Source: Catajapyx aquilonaris (taxonomy: Eukaryota). From it: DNA of 42,574 nucleotides. The first letter of the stretch is position 1, and each line of letters opens with the position of its first letter. The translations under genes and the position numbers were made by a program. The notes beneath the pieces were generated by a model, which was not told the DNA's origin, did not search any database, and saw nothing but the letters and a program-made list of their open reading frames with translations. The DNA lies in assembly GCA_000934665.2 (NCBI GenBank), contig KZ538190.1, positions 62,001 to 104,574 on the forward strand, in the 5' to 3' direction. This document shows, in pieces, positions 26,097 to 39,554 of this stretch.

Positions 26097-26183
26097 AGCA
26101 AACCTGAAGATATCATGCAATTATCACTACCATTTATAATGAAGCCAAAATCCAATACGGTATCTTGGAAGATCACAATGAAT

Positions 26184-26186
<3 letters not shown>

Positions 26187-26257
<71 letters not shown>
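26187..26257. repeat. (ATT)n microsatellite, ~23-24 units
   Basis: Uninterrupted trinucleotide run. Confidence 0.98.
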
Positions 26258-26258
<1 letters not shown>

Positions 26259-29200
26259 GGAAATGCGCACATTGTATGCAGTGTTACATAATCTAGGTAT
26301 GATTAGGGACTTATATAGATTGTGTTTCAACGTTTCAAGTGCTCTCTTCACTTACAGCTTCTTCGCACAAAACTGCTTATTTTGGCTGATTGTTTCCCAG
26401 GTATCAAAATATTACCTTGTAGCTTATACAGTATATACCGGTATACCTTTAAATATTAAGTAGAGCATGAGCAGATGCATATATTTAGGCTCCGAGCTGC
26501 GGTAATGAATATCAAGGCTTGAGACATTGCGACTGGCTCATTTGGAACCATTTGCATACGAGGTCAAGGGCTTGATTACTTTTTTTGTAGGCTATAGATC
26601 CCCCTGCAGTTGTTGAAAAGAATGTGCTCATTAACAGAATACCAGCAGATAATATTTGAATACCCCCTAAATGCACTGTGTTCTAAGGTAACTGCTGCTT
26701 CATAATTATTCCAAAAATTCGATAACAGAAACCGGCAGTCAATTTGAAACACCTGTTAGACCTACATCCTAACTTGTGTCACTGACAAATAATAGGTCAA
26801 GTGTCATAATGGGAACAAGTGTCGCATTTTAGGGTATCAAATTCATAACCCCTGTCCTCCTGGAAACGACCCTGTTTCAAACACCTGTGTAAAACATAAT
26901 CAATATAGTGGAACCTTAAAAACAGGGTTAACTCATGCACGACAAAGGCAGCCTTGACACAAGCTTATAAATTGATGCAAATGGCCATTTTCTTTCGGAC
27001 ACGCTATGCGAGCGTATATAGTCTAATTATATTGGAAAATAGTCGTTACACATGAAAGTGTTCCGTACTTGTCGTGTTACAAAAAGAGGAAGAAATATAT
27101 TACGAGTGTATCTCATGTACATCACAGGGTATACTTTGTGTGCTATAGTCTACTGACGAGCAACAAGCCCAAGTGCATTAGGACCAATGAAACTTTCAGG
27201 CACGCTCCAATTGGGTAACATGTATCCTTCTCATTCCTACCAGTAAAATTTTTAAACAGGTACATATTCCTAAGCCAAAAGTATTAGACTGCATGGTGAA
27301 TTGGCGTTCCAGTACTGAAGAGTTTCCCAAACTGGTCGGTTATTGAATTTGCCACTCGAACGAGTCTTGAGTCATTCCCCAATGGCAGAAGGTCAATATT
27401 TGGTGCCCGAAGCACGGCTTGCGAACTTTTCCTCTGACATGCAGCAGGCCTTACAGCAGCTGCCTAAAACTCATGAGCAAGCGTTGGACTTCTGTATCTC
27501 GTTGCCTTCCCCAGGTCTCGGTGGGCTCATCAAGTGTGCTGCTAATACGGCCCTTTGCGTAAAAAATTAATTACAAATGTACTCTTAGTTTCAATGAAAC
27601 TCGGCTGGAGTAAGTCTGCTCTTTATAGCAACGCCCGCTTGACTTTTTTTTTTTTTTGCCAAAATTTGCCAAGCGGCATTTCAGCGTGCCATAATTATAA
27701 GCTGCTTGATTGATCCCCGGCGCCCGACCTATTTCGCATCAAGGGAAGAGGATGTTTTCAAATCAGCACTGCATGGTTTGCACCTAGACATAATCACTAC
27801 ACCTAATTTATAAGGGATTATTTGTTGCGGCCAGTGCACTTCGGAGTTAGTCAAAAGTTAACTGGGGGCATACACAATATACATAATATAGTCATAACTC
27901 ATTTCGTCAACTTCCACATAATATTTACAATGCTACTTATGAAAATGTAATGATCTACAGGCTTATACATAGTATATCATAAGCTTATATGAAAACAGCA
28001 GAACTGGGCATGTTTGGAAAAGCCAAGATATCTCTTGTCACTTACTGTATAGGCCTATATAGCGCACGCCTGGGGCTCTCTCTTAATAATGTATGCACAT
28101 AGTTCAGGCATAAAGCATGGAATCACCAGAGACAGTCTAAGAGAGAAATGTACTCTTCTGTACCTCTTCGTCTTACTTTATGCCCTATAACCCAGCAGTC
28201 GACTCCACACTTGTCACTATGACAGAAAGGGCGGAACTGGCCTGTCCATCGACCTCGCAGTCCATGACGATGATTCACATCAAAAAAGGGGATACTGCAG
28301 TACATTTTCATCTTCGGTTGTAAGGTATCGACAGTTAAGTGCCATTAAGTGCGTCTTTCCGGCCACCTTTCACGTGAAGGCTTGCTATTATTACGACTAA
28401 TTTACACTCTCCATAAACTTGGGTTTATAGAGTATCCAGCAGGTTTCACCTGTGGTCTTGGGACTCTGGACTCTGTGAGATAACACGGAAAATCTGCCCT
28501 GAGAAGAAAATCAAATAATTAAATAAATTTATTTAGAATTTATGAGGAGTGCAACAATTTTTTTCCTTCTCCAAATGGAATATGACAAAGTCTGTGGATT
28601 TTTTCACCCAGGTGTGCTCAGCAGGTAACAACCTACACACAACGTCGAATCTATTGCAGTGTTTTTGACATTTTGATAATTGAAGTTCCGCACTGTAAAA
28701 CAGGCCACAAAAGGAGCAACCCCTTTCTTGTTTACCTCAATTTTTGCGCAGCTTTAATTCGTAATTACAGAGTGACAGGTTCCGTGCCTTTGCTGCCAGG
28801 TAGCGTTCTGCAAGTCAGAACTAAAAGCTGGACTACCACAGTATCTGATCTAGATACGGCTACTGTACACATGTACTTCATCTGCTGATGGATATATGCC
28901 AGTCAGTTAGAGCAACACTCGGTTACCTGCAGCCAGTATTGCTCGTTATAAAATGACTGATGTAACGTATATTCGTGCGACATTCAGTCACTTTCGCAAT
29001 GCACCATAATGATCTCGGCGCTTTTTTTAAAAATATCCGTCCAACAACTCGCAAAGGTTTCGCCGATGCATGTGAGCACCCTTTCCCCTCTCACCCCCAT
29101 TCTCAAGCCAAAGGGGTTGAAAAGTACGCCTCAAACTTATCTCATACAACAAAGTCACTCAAAAATCACATTCTCCTCCCGACTTCCTCTCGACGCCTGC

Positions 29201-31053
29201 GTCACCGACCTCGTCTTGCTGTCACCTGACGAATGTCTCTGCCTTGTCGTCCGGGATTTTAATATATTACCCGAGGACATTTATTTCCCGCGCCTGTTCC
29301 CTGGGTCGAGGCTGTAAAAATGATTTACCGCAAGTAGAGGGGGGGTGGTGCTAAAAAAAAAAAAAATCCATATGGAGCTAGAATTGAAGCGGCGGAACTG
29401 AGATTGAACTCGGCATCTACGCCCTCATATACTTTGCCTTTCCTTCCGCAGATACGGGCAAAGGCGTAAGGGAGAAAAAATCAGGGCCATTGACTTTCCA
29501 CTTAGTTTTTTTTTGTAGTTAGCTTGTGTATATAGTAAACCATATCCCTTTCTCATATTTCTTCTCAATGTATTCATGGTTCACTCAGATTGGGTTGTGC
29601 AGTATAGGTCTGGTCTTCTTTGTCTTGTGGATATTTGAGTAGTTTTTCTTATGCGACAGATTGTATGCCATTTCGGATTGCAAACAGTTTAATACTGTAT
29701 GTAATTTTGTGAGAAACACCCTAGGGAAAGTGACTGCTGCCTTTTAAAAAAATTATGCACTTATATTCTCATTTTCTTTCAATAGACGCTCCAATATCAA
29801 TATCGACAACTGTTGCGCCAGATCGAAGGCATATTAGTTTCTGATAAATTACGGGGGCCACCTCGTTAGGAAAAGACTCTTATAGTGTCTTATAGCTTCT
29901 TTGGAGGGTTGACTCATCACTTCCTGGGCGTCATCGGATACATAAAAAGTAGTGAAAAAAAAAAAGCGGTACTGTTCCTTTGAGGAGACAAAGGGTCCCC
30001 CTCTTGTCAGGTCACAAAGGCAAGTAGAGGACCTGTCGACAAAGTGGCCCAATGTCATTGGCCTCCGCTGCTTTTCCGCCTCTTACTCGCAGTGTTCTTC
30101 TCGGCAAACTTGTGTGCAACAATAACAGGAAACCCCACTTCCATCGCACCTCTTCTGCTGCGTGAGACTCATTCTAACGGACACACTTCGATAGAAACAA
30201 TAACGTAGTAATGCCCCCCAGCAATCCAAACATGTATTAAAACTGAGCTATTTCACTCCTTCGTATGTTTAGTCATATCAGTACGAGAATCTCCTCCTGC
30301 TGGGATTTCCAGTACACCTTTTTTTTTCTTCGAACTTCTAATTGTGCAAGGTTACAGAACCACTTGAGCGACAATTAAAATTTGACACTCGCTGATCCTC
30401 CCAAAGCTTTAAATACTTGTTGTAATATTTTGTAGGCTGTACAATATATGGGACACGTATTTTTTCATGCAGAAAGTGAGGCTTTATAATATTGGATGCC
30501 CGCTTCTTATCGATCGCGAAGCTTGTGTACAGTAGTCTCGTTGTGACGTGAATAATCTATTACTCTTTATCGAAGTGTATGCAAGAATCTAATAGCTGGA
30601 AGGCGCCATTTTGAAGAAAAAAAAACTAAATAAGGAAAGTTAAATGGCGCGTGATATAAACTCTCCTTCCAACCTCTCCCCTTAACAGTGTCATGCCTGA
30701 CTGAAATCTGGGTCGGATTTTTTTTTCCTTAGAAAATGCACAAAAACAACAACAGAAACGTCACTGCCAAAGTTCGGTTGATTGGCTCAAGCAGTTATGG
30801 CAGTGATTTAGTTCTGTCTATACTACTATTGAGCTGGAGGCTGGACTATACACTTGAAATCCAGAGGAAATTATACGAAGGACGGTGGAAAGTTTTCGCA
30901 TTTTCTTTTATCGTGGATAATCCTGCAACCGTATTGCCTTCCAAATGCCACGGAGGTGTCGTGATACTCATTGGAGGTGACAGGTGGAAGGAAATCCCAA
31001 GCTGCATGTTTGCGTCATCGTCGTGGAGAGATGGGAGGTGACAGGGATGGACA

Positions 31054-31340
31054 GTGAGGGTTGGTGTGGTTTACGTTCATGTAGAAGGAAAGTACCGAGA
31101 CCGGTGCCATCGTCCGGCAGATGAAACGTGTGTGGTGAACAAGCACAAAAAACGGTGGGCGGAGGACTTGAAAGGCGGGGGCAGTCGACCGAGGATACCC
31201 CCCTATCAGGATAGCCTGTTACTCCTGCTCTTGCAAACGTCCGACGTGTCAACAGTGTCCTAATGGACAACCGGAATGTCACATTCTACAGTCTGGAGGA
31301 CTCAGTGGCAGCAGCTTCCACATGCCTCCTCTCAACGATA
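31054..31340 (+). pseudogene. Decayed Tc1/mariner transposase N-terminal HTH region
   Basis: One frame with one stop: VYVHVEGKYRDRCHRP...GGSRPR...STVS*WTTGMSHSTVWRTQWQQLPH, similar to the GRPR linker and GVSxxTVWRxL HTH motifs of IS630-Tc1-mariner transposases. Confidence 0.4.
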
Positions 31341-31414
31341 TACCACAGGATCCAGATGGATACTATTTCCTTCCAAATATATAAATTATAGTCAGTTAGT
31401 GATCACTCGCAACC

Positions 31415-31860
31415 ATGTAAATTCCATTCCATTCAATTCCATTTGCGAGCCATTCAATTCAATTCCGCTGCAATAAATTCCACTCTTTCCCATTCCACTC
31501 ATCACTTCAATGCGTCAGTTGATTCCATTCCGTTAGTTTTCATTTCATTCACTGCCATTCACCACTCACTTCAATTTGTGTCAGTTCCATTCACTTCCAT
31601 TTGCCTCAATTCTCAGATTAATTATTTTCCGAACTAAATGTACTCTATAAGTTATAAAGCATATAGCCGGGCCCATTTGGTTCTCTCCGTGTTCGCGCGT
31701 GTTTTCTAGGGTTTTTTAAAATACATTCTCTTGCAGTGTTGTCATCATTGAATGACATTCAAGTCCATTCTTCAGCGAACTGAGCTTCCTCCTATTCCAT
31801 TCCATTCATTTCATCACACTACAAATTAATTTGAGAATTAATTTCATATACCGAATTGAA
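31415..31860 (+). repeat. Same (CATTC/AATTC)n element family, two adjacent pieces (31415-31637 and ~31750-31860)
   Basis: Degenerate pentamer arrays; both pieces end in a motif resembling the end of the 19 kb copy (AATT...ATTAA...CCGAA). Confidence 0.6.
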
Positions 31861-32193
31861 GTGTGTTACTATGTAAACTCTTCTTTCGTTTGGAAATTGA
31901 TTAGGGCCTACTATACACATTTCAGACTTGAAAATGTATAAGCCTTTTTCAACGCAACTCTCCATCGGTTATAGTTTCATCGAGTATACCATCAAAAGAG
32001 TTTGTACACATCCTATTTATTCTTCCGTCACTGGCACGGCAAAAACGCCTCTCTGGTATAATTATATATTATTACAGTTGAGGTGAAATATGCACTGATA
32101 TTTCAATTTTTAACATTCTTCTAATATTTTCCACGAATATATGGAAAAAGAGAGACAACGAATGTAAAAATACTATGTGAACTTTCATGCACT

Positions 32194-32308
32194 TATTCGG
32201 AATTTATTGGACCGACCATGCCCATAAGGCCCAACAGCCCATTCATTCAACATTAACAACATAATTAATACAAAATAAAAACGTCAACTTGGCTGCCTCT
32301 TGGCTGTC
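32194..32308 (-). mobile_element. Short 5'-truncated retroposon 3' end with 14-bp TSD
   Basis: Direct repeat AACTTTCATGCACT at 32180-32193 and 32309-32322. The insert is T-rich on the minus strand and has AATAAA (32203-32208) just before the repeat. Confidence 0.6.
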
Positions 32309-33252
32309 AACTTTCATGCACTGGGAAATACGTATAATTAATATTAAAAATATCATTAAAGTTTATATTGAATAATTTTCAAAGGCCAAAGCATCCAGCC
32401 TTGCAACCCTCCATAGGCATATACTCGTAATTTGCATCCATATATACTGTACCTTACCCAGCAGAAGATGGCATAATTACCGGACAAGTTCAACACTAAA
32501 CTTGAGGAAGGCATTGCGACGAGCACTAATCAAACACCCGGCAAACTTCCATGCTCGTCCTGCTGCTCTCTTTTTTTAAAAACAAGATCCACTGAAGACT
32601 ACACAGCAGCATACCAGTATCTCATGACTACGAGTTACGATACAAAATACATGTGCCTATTTGCTAATGCGTGATATGAATTAATAATAGCTTGAATTAT
32701 TTTATTGATTCGGAGAAAATGTGCAACATTTATATCGATACTCATATAGACTAATAAATAAGACTCATACAAAATATTCTACACATAATAAACATGTCGG
32801 CATAATAGAAGCACTACATATAAGTTGGCTAATGGATGAATCTGTAGTTTTGACGATTCTATACAGTAATTTAAACAGGAACACAGTGTATAGTTTCAGT
32901 CGCCTAAACGGACAAAAACTAGTTTCACCAACCACGTAGTTAACAGAGAAGTGATGAAATACACTATAAAAGAGATATCCAGAAAAGTGTATGGGCAAAG
33001 TTCAACTTGTCTGACCAGTCTCGCCAGTCCGGCCTCACAAGCGTCAATATCATTATCAGAGCCGAAATACACCATCCGCACACATACCCTTTAAAAAAAA
33101 GTACACAAAAGAACTCGGATACAATGTCCTCCGATATAGTGAGTACTATAACCCTCGGCACATTCCCTACAGTCATGTGGCCCATATATGCTTCATTTGT
33201 GTCTGTATCACTGGGGATACATTAGGAGTGTACACTTCGATTAAATGGTATA

Positions 33253-33676
33253 CAGGGTGTATCTGAACTCAGTGCCCCGACGTATATGACTGCCTTCCTA
33301 GCCACCAGAGGATCGATTTAAGTATAGGAGTCATATGTCTGGGCAGCCTCATTACTGAGATACACTCGTTAGCGATTTTTGCCTAATCGCTCCTTCTGAC
33401 TTTTAAATAGAATTTTCTGGTGTAACTAGCCAAAGAGGCCTTACCACCTGTGGGCAACAAACCAACAAAGTCCCGCCCCCAGACCTTCCAGAGCCTTCTG
33501 ACTGGGGGAGGGTTCGATGGGTGGCCTAACCGACAGGATATTTTGTACTACATGTTTGCGGCCAATTATCTCCGTAATGCGGCGGCCAAACATAATGATT
33601 CCTATACTTAAATCGATCCTCTGGTGGCTAGGAAGGCAGTCATATACGTCGGGGCACTGAGTTCAGATACACCCTG
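33253..33676. mobile_element. Non-autonomous Tc1/mariner MITE, 424 bp
   Basis: TA target duplication (33251-33252, 33677-33678); termini CAGGGTGT...ACACCCTG; TIRs perfect for 77 bp and imperfect to ~110 bp; no ORF. Confidence 0.93.
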
Positions 33677-34100
33677 TATAGACCTACAACTATACTAATA
33701 TCGGGGTCTCGCTTGGGTGCGAATGTACGCGCATTATCGTATGTTACCTGGGGAAATTTCTTGAGCTCCTTTTCATATTATAGTGTGTTTTACCGTCATT
33801 GAATTGTCTATAATAGTTAGATATTTTTTCACTATGGTGATTAGCCTAATAACAAGCAGTTAGTTTCGACGAACTATAGGCTACTTATAGAGGTTTTCAA
33901 TAATATGATTGCTCATATATTAGCTCGAATGAATGCATAATTTTAACTAATATTGGAAGGTATATGGTGCAGAATGAGGAGCTAATATTTATGAAACATT
34001 AAAAGTAACTCCAGATAGTATTGTTGCTTCACCTTCTTCCCACTCAAGTAATCAAAGCAATTGTTTAATAATACGAATAACAAACACGATAGTTAATAAT

Positions 34101-34430
34101 GGAACTGTGGTGTATATATAGTGGCTAACATCATAATTATTATAGGTTTTCACCTCCGAGGTCCCGAGTTCTATCCCCCAATCGAGGGCAGAGGACTTTC
34201 TTATGTGGAAAGAGTTTCGAGAGGTTCTCTCCGCATTCGCATGGATTTACTCGGGGTAATCCATTTCCCCCACATTCCAAAAACCTCTCTTCCCCTTGAC
34301 ATCTACGCTATTTGAGCTCTCCTCCTTTCCCCTGGAAGCGTCCTTCGTTGATTGGTGATGATTACTTTGGTGCGGTGGCGAAAGACTCTTCGGATCCAAA
34401 ATTACACATCCTAATGAACCAACCAACCAA
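34101..34430 (+). mobile_element. tRNA-derived SINE (V/Meta-like core), copy 1
   Basis: A-box TGGTGTA(TATATA)GTGGCTAA, B-box-like GAGTTCTATCCC, core GGATTTACTCGGGG...TTTCCCCCAC and (AACC)n tail; collinear similarity to 41080-41366. Confidence 0.65.
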
Positions 34431-35985
34431 GCAGCTTAGTGCCAAAAAATTGCAAACCACTACGAACATAATACCCTTGTGTTATTATCCAGTCAAAGGG
34501 GCCACCTGTATAGGCTAGTAGTGTACACTCACAGCGAGGTCAAATAATGACCTTCCCCCTCCCCACAATGCAAGAGGAAATTAGAAATCATATGATATTG
34601 TAGCGCGACATATCGAGATACAACAGTCACCGGCAACAGGAGTTCAGAGTAGTGCCAGTCAATTACAAAAGGTAACTGTAAACATATTTTCAGCAGCACG
34701 GATTCGGCGCGCAAAAAAGCGTACTTGTTTGGTCGCCTGTGATGAGTGTATCGAGACATGCATTCATATGTGTGTGAGTACACTGCATACATCATAGTAC
34801 AATATTCTCTCTTTGCACAACATGCAAATTTGCATACCCAATTCTGTTGACGAGAATTTAACGTATACTGTGGGAAAAAAAACTACTCGATTGTGAATGC
34901 AAAATAAAACAAGTTGTGCTTCATCTGACTAATTTTGTTGTAATTATTAAGTTATACGTTATTTAGTACGAATTCTTGCTACCAATTGAGATATGAATTA
35001 TACCTGAAGGCATAATCACTGCAGAACTGTGCACCACTCGACGTGTACACCGGAGCACTAGTTATTATCTCCTGAGTTATAGTATTTCGGGGAGACAGAG
35101 TGATGCTGCGGTAACGTTGGCGCCCACGGATAGAAAGGTCCCAAGCCTTGGTTTCCCTTCTGTCTCGTTGCGGTGTTCAGGGTCTCTTCGGCTTCGTCTC
35201 GGGTGAGATTCATTAGACTAATCACCTGGGAGAACGCACTAAAATGACCCTTGTCATGGCTGCGCACATGCTCCTTCCCCTCTTTTTTTGCATTAGCCCG
35301 TGGGCCCGGGCATTCAAACCACAAAAGGTCATAAAATTTTATAATAAGACCTACCAGGATTGGCTATTGACAAACCTATACATTGCTACAGAGCACAGCG
35401 GTGTGGAAAATTTAGCAATCAGTTATGAGTAGTCTATATCTAATGTAATCGGGTGTATTATTTTATCATGTGTAGCTTCGATGCAGATTTTACTTGTCAG
35501 AAAATTTTGGGAAAATTGTCATAATTAAACCATTAAACAATCAAGTCCTTACTAATCAGGTAGTAGACTTTAGCAAATACTATTTTATGCAGAGTGCACA
35601 GGGCACACAACTAATCAAAATTTTGTTAGTTATTAATTAAAAGAAATTCACTGAAATAGTTACCATCGATGATGTGTAATACATGTCGACGTGTGTTAGC
35701 GACTATGATTTGCAAATTACCTTTACCAGCTAACGTTCCTCATACACGTCGGTCCTACCAATCCAGTGCAAAACAAAAATGTAGTGCTCTGTATCAATGT
35801 AACCTATAGGGTATGTCAATATGCCGGTCTATTCTTGTTCCTTTTATTATGATTATGACAATTATTCAGATAGGAGAAAACCGTCCACAGATTGATATGC
35901 AGTATGTAGGCTACTGTATATACGGTACATTTGATGCTCTCTCTCCACCGCTCTCCACATACGGCTACGTACAGTACATTACTCC

Positions 35986-36230
35986 CCTCTGGTCCCAAGG
36001 TTGTGGGTTCGAACCCGGCCGAGGTCGGTGACTTTTCTCTGGGTGGTAGAAAAGTGAGAGTACGCCTTCCTTCGGAGGGGAAGTAAAGCCGTCGGTCACG
36101 TGTGCTTGTGACATTGCGCGAGTGCACGTTAAAGATCCCCAGAGTGGCCAAATTTCCAGGAGGAGGACCACCCCCTGGCGTCGGTGTTGAGCCTTAGAGG
36201 CAGAAATAGGCCGACGTTAAGCCCCACTGA
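35986..36230 (+). mobile_element. 5'-truncated tRNA-derived SINE with Nin/Deu-like core
   Basis: B-box GGGTTCGAACCC (36005-36016); core CCTTCGGAGGGGAAGTAAAGCCGTCGGTC...GCACGTTAAAGATCCC; tail GACGTTAAGCCCC; 13-bp TSD AGTACATTACTCC / AGTACAATACTCC (35973-35985, 36231-36243). Confidence 0.85.
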
Positions 36231-38498
36231 AGTACAATACTCCGTACTATACAAACCTATGTAGTCATTGAAAAATATAAAAAGTAACTGATAATAAATA
36301 TCACAACGCGAAATGGGGAAGGCCAATACGGGCTCGCAGGTATACAGTCAGCACTTTTGCCTGAAGTTATTGGGCCTTCTTGAAAGCTAAATTATACATA
36401 ACCAAGCCCTTGCTGGGAGGTTAAGTACAGTACCATGCACCTTATTTAATAACTTATCAAAGTATTCGTTCCACAACTGGGTACGCAAGCCACTATACCA
36501 ATATACAGTATGGTATATAGTTTCCTATATATAGTCTGCATTCCCACTCTATAGCCGTGTTAAGGATCTGAAATGCCAATTCAACCGCACCTCATTTAGT
36601 TTGACCTGAGACTCTTCTCAATTGTACAGAGAACGCCATATTGTAGCCCTGAGGTGCAGAACAGACCATGTTATAGGTACAGCAGTCTATCCACAGGGTC
36701 ATACACAGAGTAAACATGCAAGGCGCAGCAGCACTCTATAACTTTCGCTAACCTCGTTAATAATATCAGGAGTTAGGGCTCGGGTCTGTATCCTATACAT
36801 TTCCCTCTCAAGTCGCAATTTCGTCGACTCCCCTTGCAAAATTTACTATGCTGTACTTGGCGCACATTGAAGTATTAAAGCTTATTTCTCCATGTAGACT
36901 GCCTATACATTACGCCCTGGCGGGAAACATGCCTTTCACACAACGTGCTCAAACTCAAGGGTCCGTATATGCTGCAGGCAGAGGCGAATATTATTTGCGA
37001 GAGATATAAACTTGGCTGGTTTCACATTTACATTCTAGTGTACCTGCTGCCGAGGTGCGAAGATCGTCAAGGACCGCATAACCCACGTAGCAACTTCTTC
37101 TTCTTTTTTTTTTCCTCGCGTCTTTTCTGCATGCTTAGAAGGCGTCTTAACTCAGGATTCTTATTTCGGTGGATGCGGCCCATTTCCCCCCTCCTTCCCT
37201 CCCATCCTTCCCCCACCAGAAGAATATCTCCCAAAGAGTCGCTGTGCGGTGGGAAAAAAAGGGACGGCGTGTGGAATTTGAATTCCTGAGAAGGTCCAAA
37301 TAGCCCAGGCCAAGATTTTCCCCTCCCTTCTGATGCCATTCAGTCCATCCGGCAGAAGAGTCCGGAAAAATGCCCTTCTTTTTCTGAAGGAAGGAGGAGC
37401 TGGAGAGGTGAGGACCAAGGAAGAAAAGAAGGCGGCCCACAACCAAGGAGAACCCCCCCCCCCCCTTCAAAAGAGTGCCTGACTCCAAATCGGCCATCCT
37501 GTCCATACCTACTTCTATTCAAACCCAGCTTGTAAGCCTAGGCATTAAAAACGGCCTCCAGGAATGTCGAAGGGGGAGACCCGCAAGGTGCGGGTTATGT
37601 CCAAGGTAACACTTTAGAGAGGGGCTCTCCTCGTCATCTTCTAAAGACGGAATCAACCCGATACGTAACTTAGGCCGCATTTCAACCAGGGGACCTAATC
37701 ATGTCTGTCGTCTACTCCAGTGACGTCAAATTCGCAAACTTTTTACGGAACCTGACTCTCATTCCATTCGGATGCTTCCTGGAGCTAGGCGATAATCTAC
37801 ACGGTGGGGTGGATTGAAGGGGGGGANGGGGGGGGGGAATATGCCCGGATATGCCCTCATTCGCTCGGATGCTCTTCGATTCTCCATCGGGTGTCGCTTT
37901 TTCCGAACATATTGCAGACTCGTCACTGCCGAATATGGGTATAAGAGAGCATTTGAATCCGCCTCGTTAATTTCAAACTACCTGTGCAATCATTGCTTAA
38001 TAGTCGATCGGTTCCACCCAAATCAAGTTTTAAAAGTTGATTAAAAACTCAACATAGCATTACGGCGTAGTTTATAACGCGGCAGCGTTTTGGAGCATGC
38101 TATTTATCTTCGCATTCCCCTCAATAGGTTGGAAATTACGCGATACCGCGTGGAATATTTACTGTAACAGCATATCCCGGCAGTTGAACGGCAGAAATTC
38201 ACATTTCCTGCTGTTGCTCTAGCTCCGTATAATTGGACGCTTTGAAAAATGTCGAGGGGTCTCTATAATATGAAGGCCTTTCCATTATTAGACTATGTGC
38301 CAAGTCGTGATAGGTAGTACAGTACATGTTTACTGCTGGTGCAATTATACACAGTACCCTATATGCTCGAGAGATGATGAAAACGGATTCTTCAATGTGT
38401 ATAATTTCTTTGTGTGGCTAATTTTGAAGCCATGTATAGGGAATATCCCTGAATACGGAATCAGTAATGAAAAAAAGAGTGAACCCATGCCTACATAT

Positions 38499-38710
38499 TG
38501 ACGGTGTTATGCAATAATGAGTCAACCCACATGAGAAAAATGGCTTTGAAGGTCATACCTGTGAAATTAATTCATTGTTCTTTTCGGTCATTTATGGCAG
38601 AAGTATGCAGATTTCACCAGCGTGATTTTAACTGAATGAAGTGTACTATCCTTAGGGTGTCTCAGTTTTGACATTTTTGTGGGTGGACCCATTATTGCAT
38701 AACACCGTCC
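38499..38710. mobile_element. MITE with ~32-bp TIRs
   Basis: GACGGTGTTATGCAATAATGAGTCAACCCACA vs reverse complement of right end GACGGTGTTATGCAATAATGGGTCCACCCACA; flanks ATAT / ACAT are a possible imperfect 4-bp TSD. Superfamily uncertain. Confidence 0.75.
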
Positions 38711-39554
38711 ACATAGGAAACTTGTATATACACGGCTTTCATTTTACACGCAACAAAAAGGTTGTTATTAATGCAGTCCTACCCATGATAACACACTTAT
38801 TGGCGTGTACCCCTGCAGCCCTGCAGGGCAGCCATCTTTAATATTGTTAGTCAATTACATTAGCTTTTATAGGCCCCTTGCTTATACATACTGCATGAGG
38901 ATGCTGTTCTTGCTAGCGAATTATTTTGGGATTCAATATCGAGTGCGTCATTAGATACATGATAGGATGCTCGCATAGGTATAGACCTAGACATTGTGTA
39001 TCTAAAGCATGGAGCGAACGACGAATGAATCCAGCAGGGGGTCTGCGGGAGGCCACATAATTATTATGTGCGCAGTGTGCTAGCGGCAGCAGCGAGTGGC
39101 CATGCAGGACAGGCGACGTAAGCCACACAACTCATGTTTGAAGAGTCCTGTTGGGCTGTAATACGGCAGAAGTCAACACGGCTGCCAGTGTTGCAGATTA
39201 AACCAGAAGTGGATTACGAGAGCTCAAGTGCTCTGCTAAATATGGCTACTCATTAAACACAACTGCAGGCAGGCACTGGGGAACCCGCGGAATGGTCCTG
39301 CGGAACAAGACTCTCCCAGATATTATTATGTGTATACGTATACACAGGATTTTGTAGCTGGATGCTGCTACTGCTGCGCGTATCGTCGAGTGCTGCTGTA
39401 ACAGATAGCCACTCGGCCCAGTATCACGCTTCTTGCGCGCTTAAGTGGGAATAAGCGTCAGACAAAAGAGTCGCTTGTATAGAGGACGACTGTATACCTG
39501 GTTTAGTGTACGAGTGTAACGCAGTCGTAAATTGCACAGTCTCATAAACATTTG

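Noticed and set aside
26040..26351. Poly-Ile/poly-Asn ORFs
   Set aside because: They are translations of the (ATT)n microsatellite.
27150..27345. CTGACGA...GAAAC and CTGAAGA...AAACTGGTC hammerhead-like strings
   Set aside because: Stems I/II or the GAAA core cannot be formed convincingly.
37818..37837. G-run containing an N
   Set aside because: Sequencing ambiguity in a homopolymer, not a feature.
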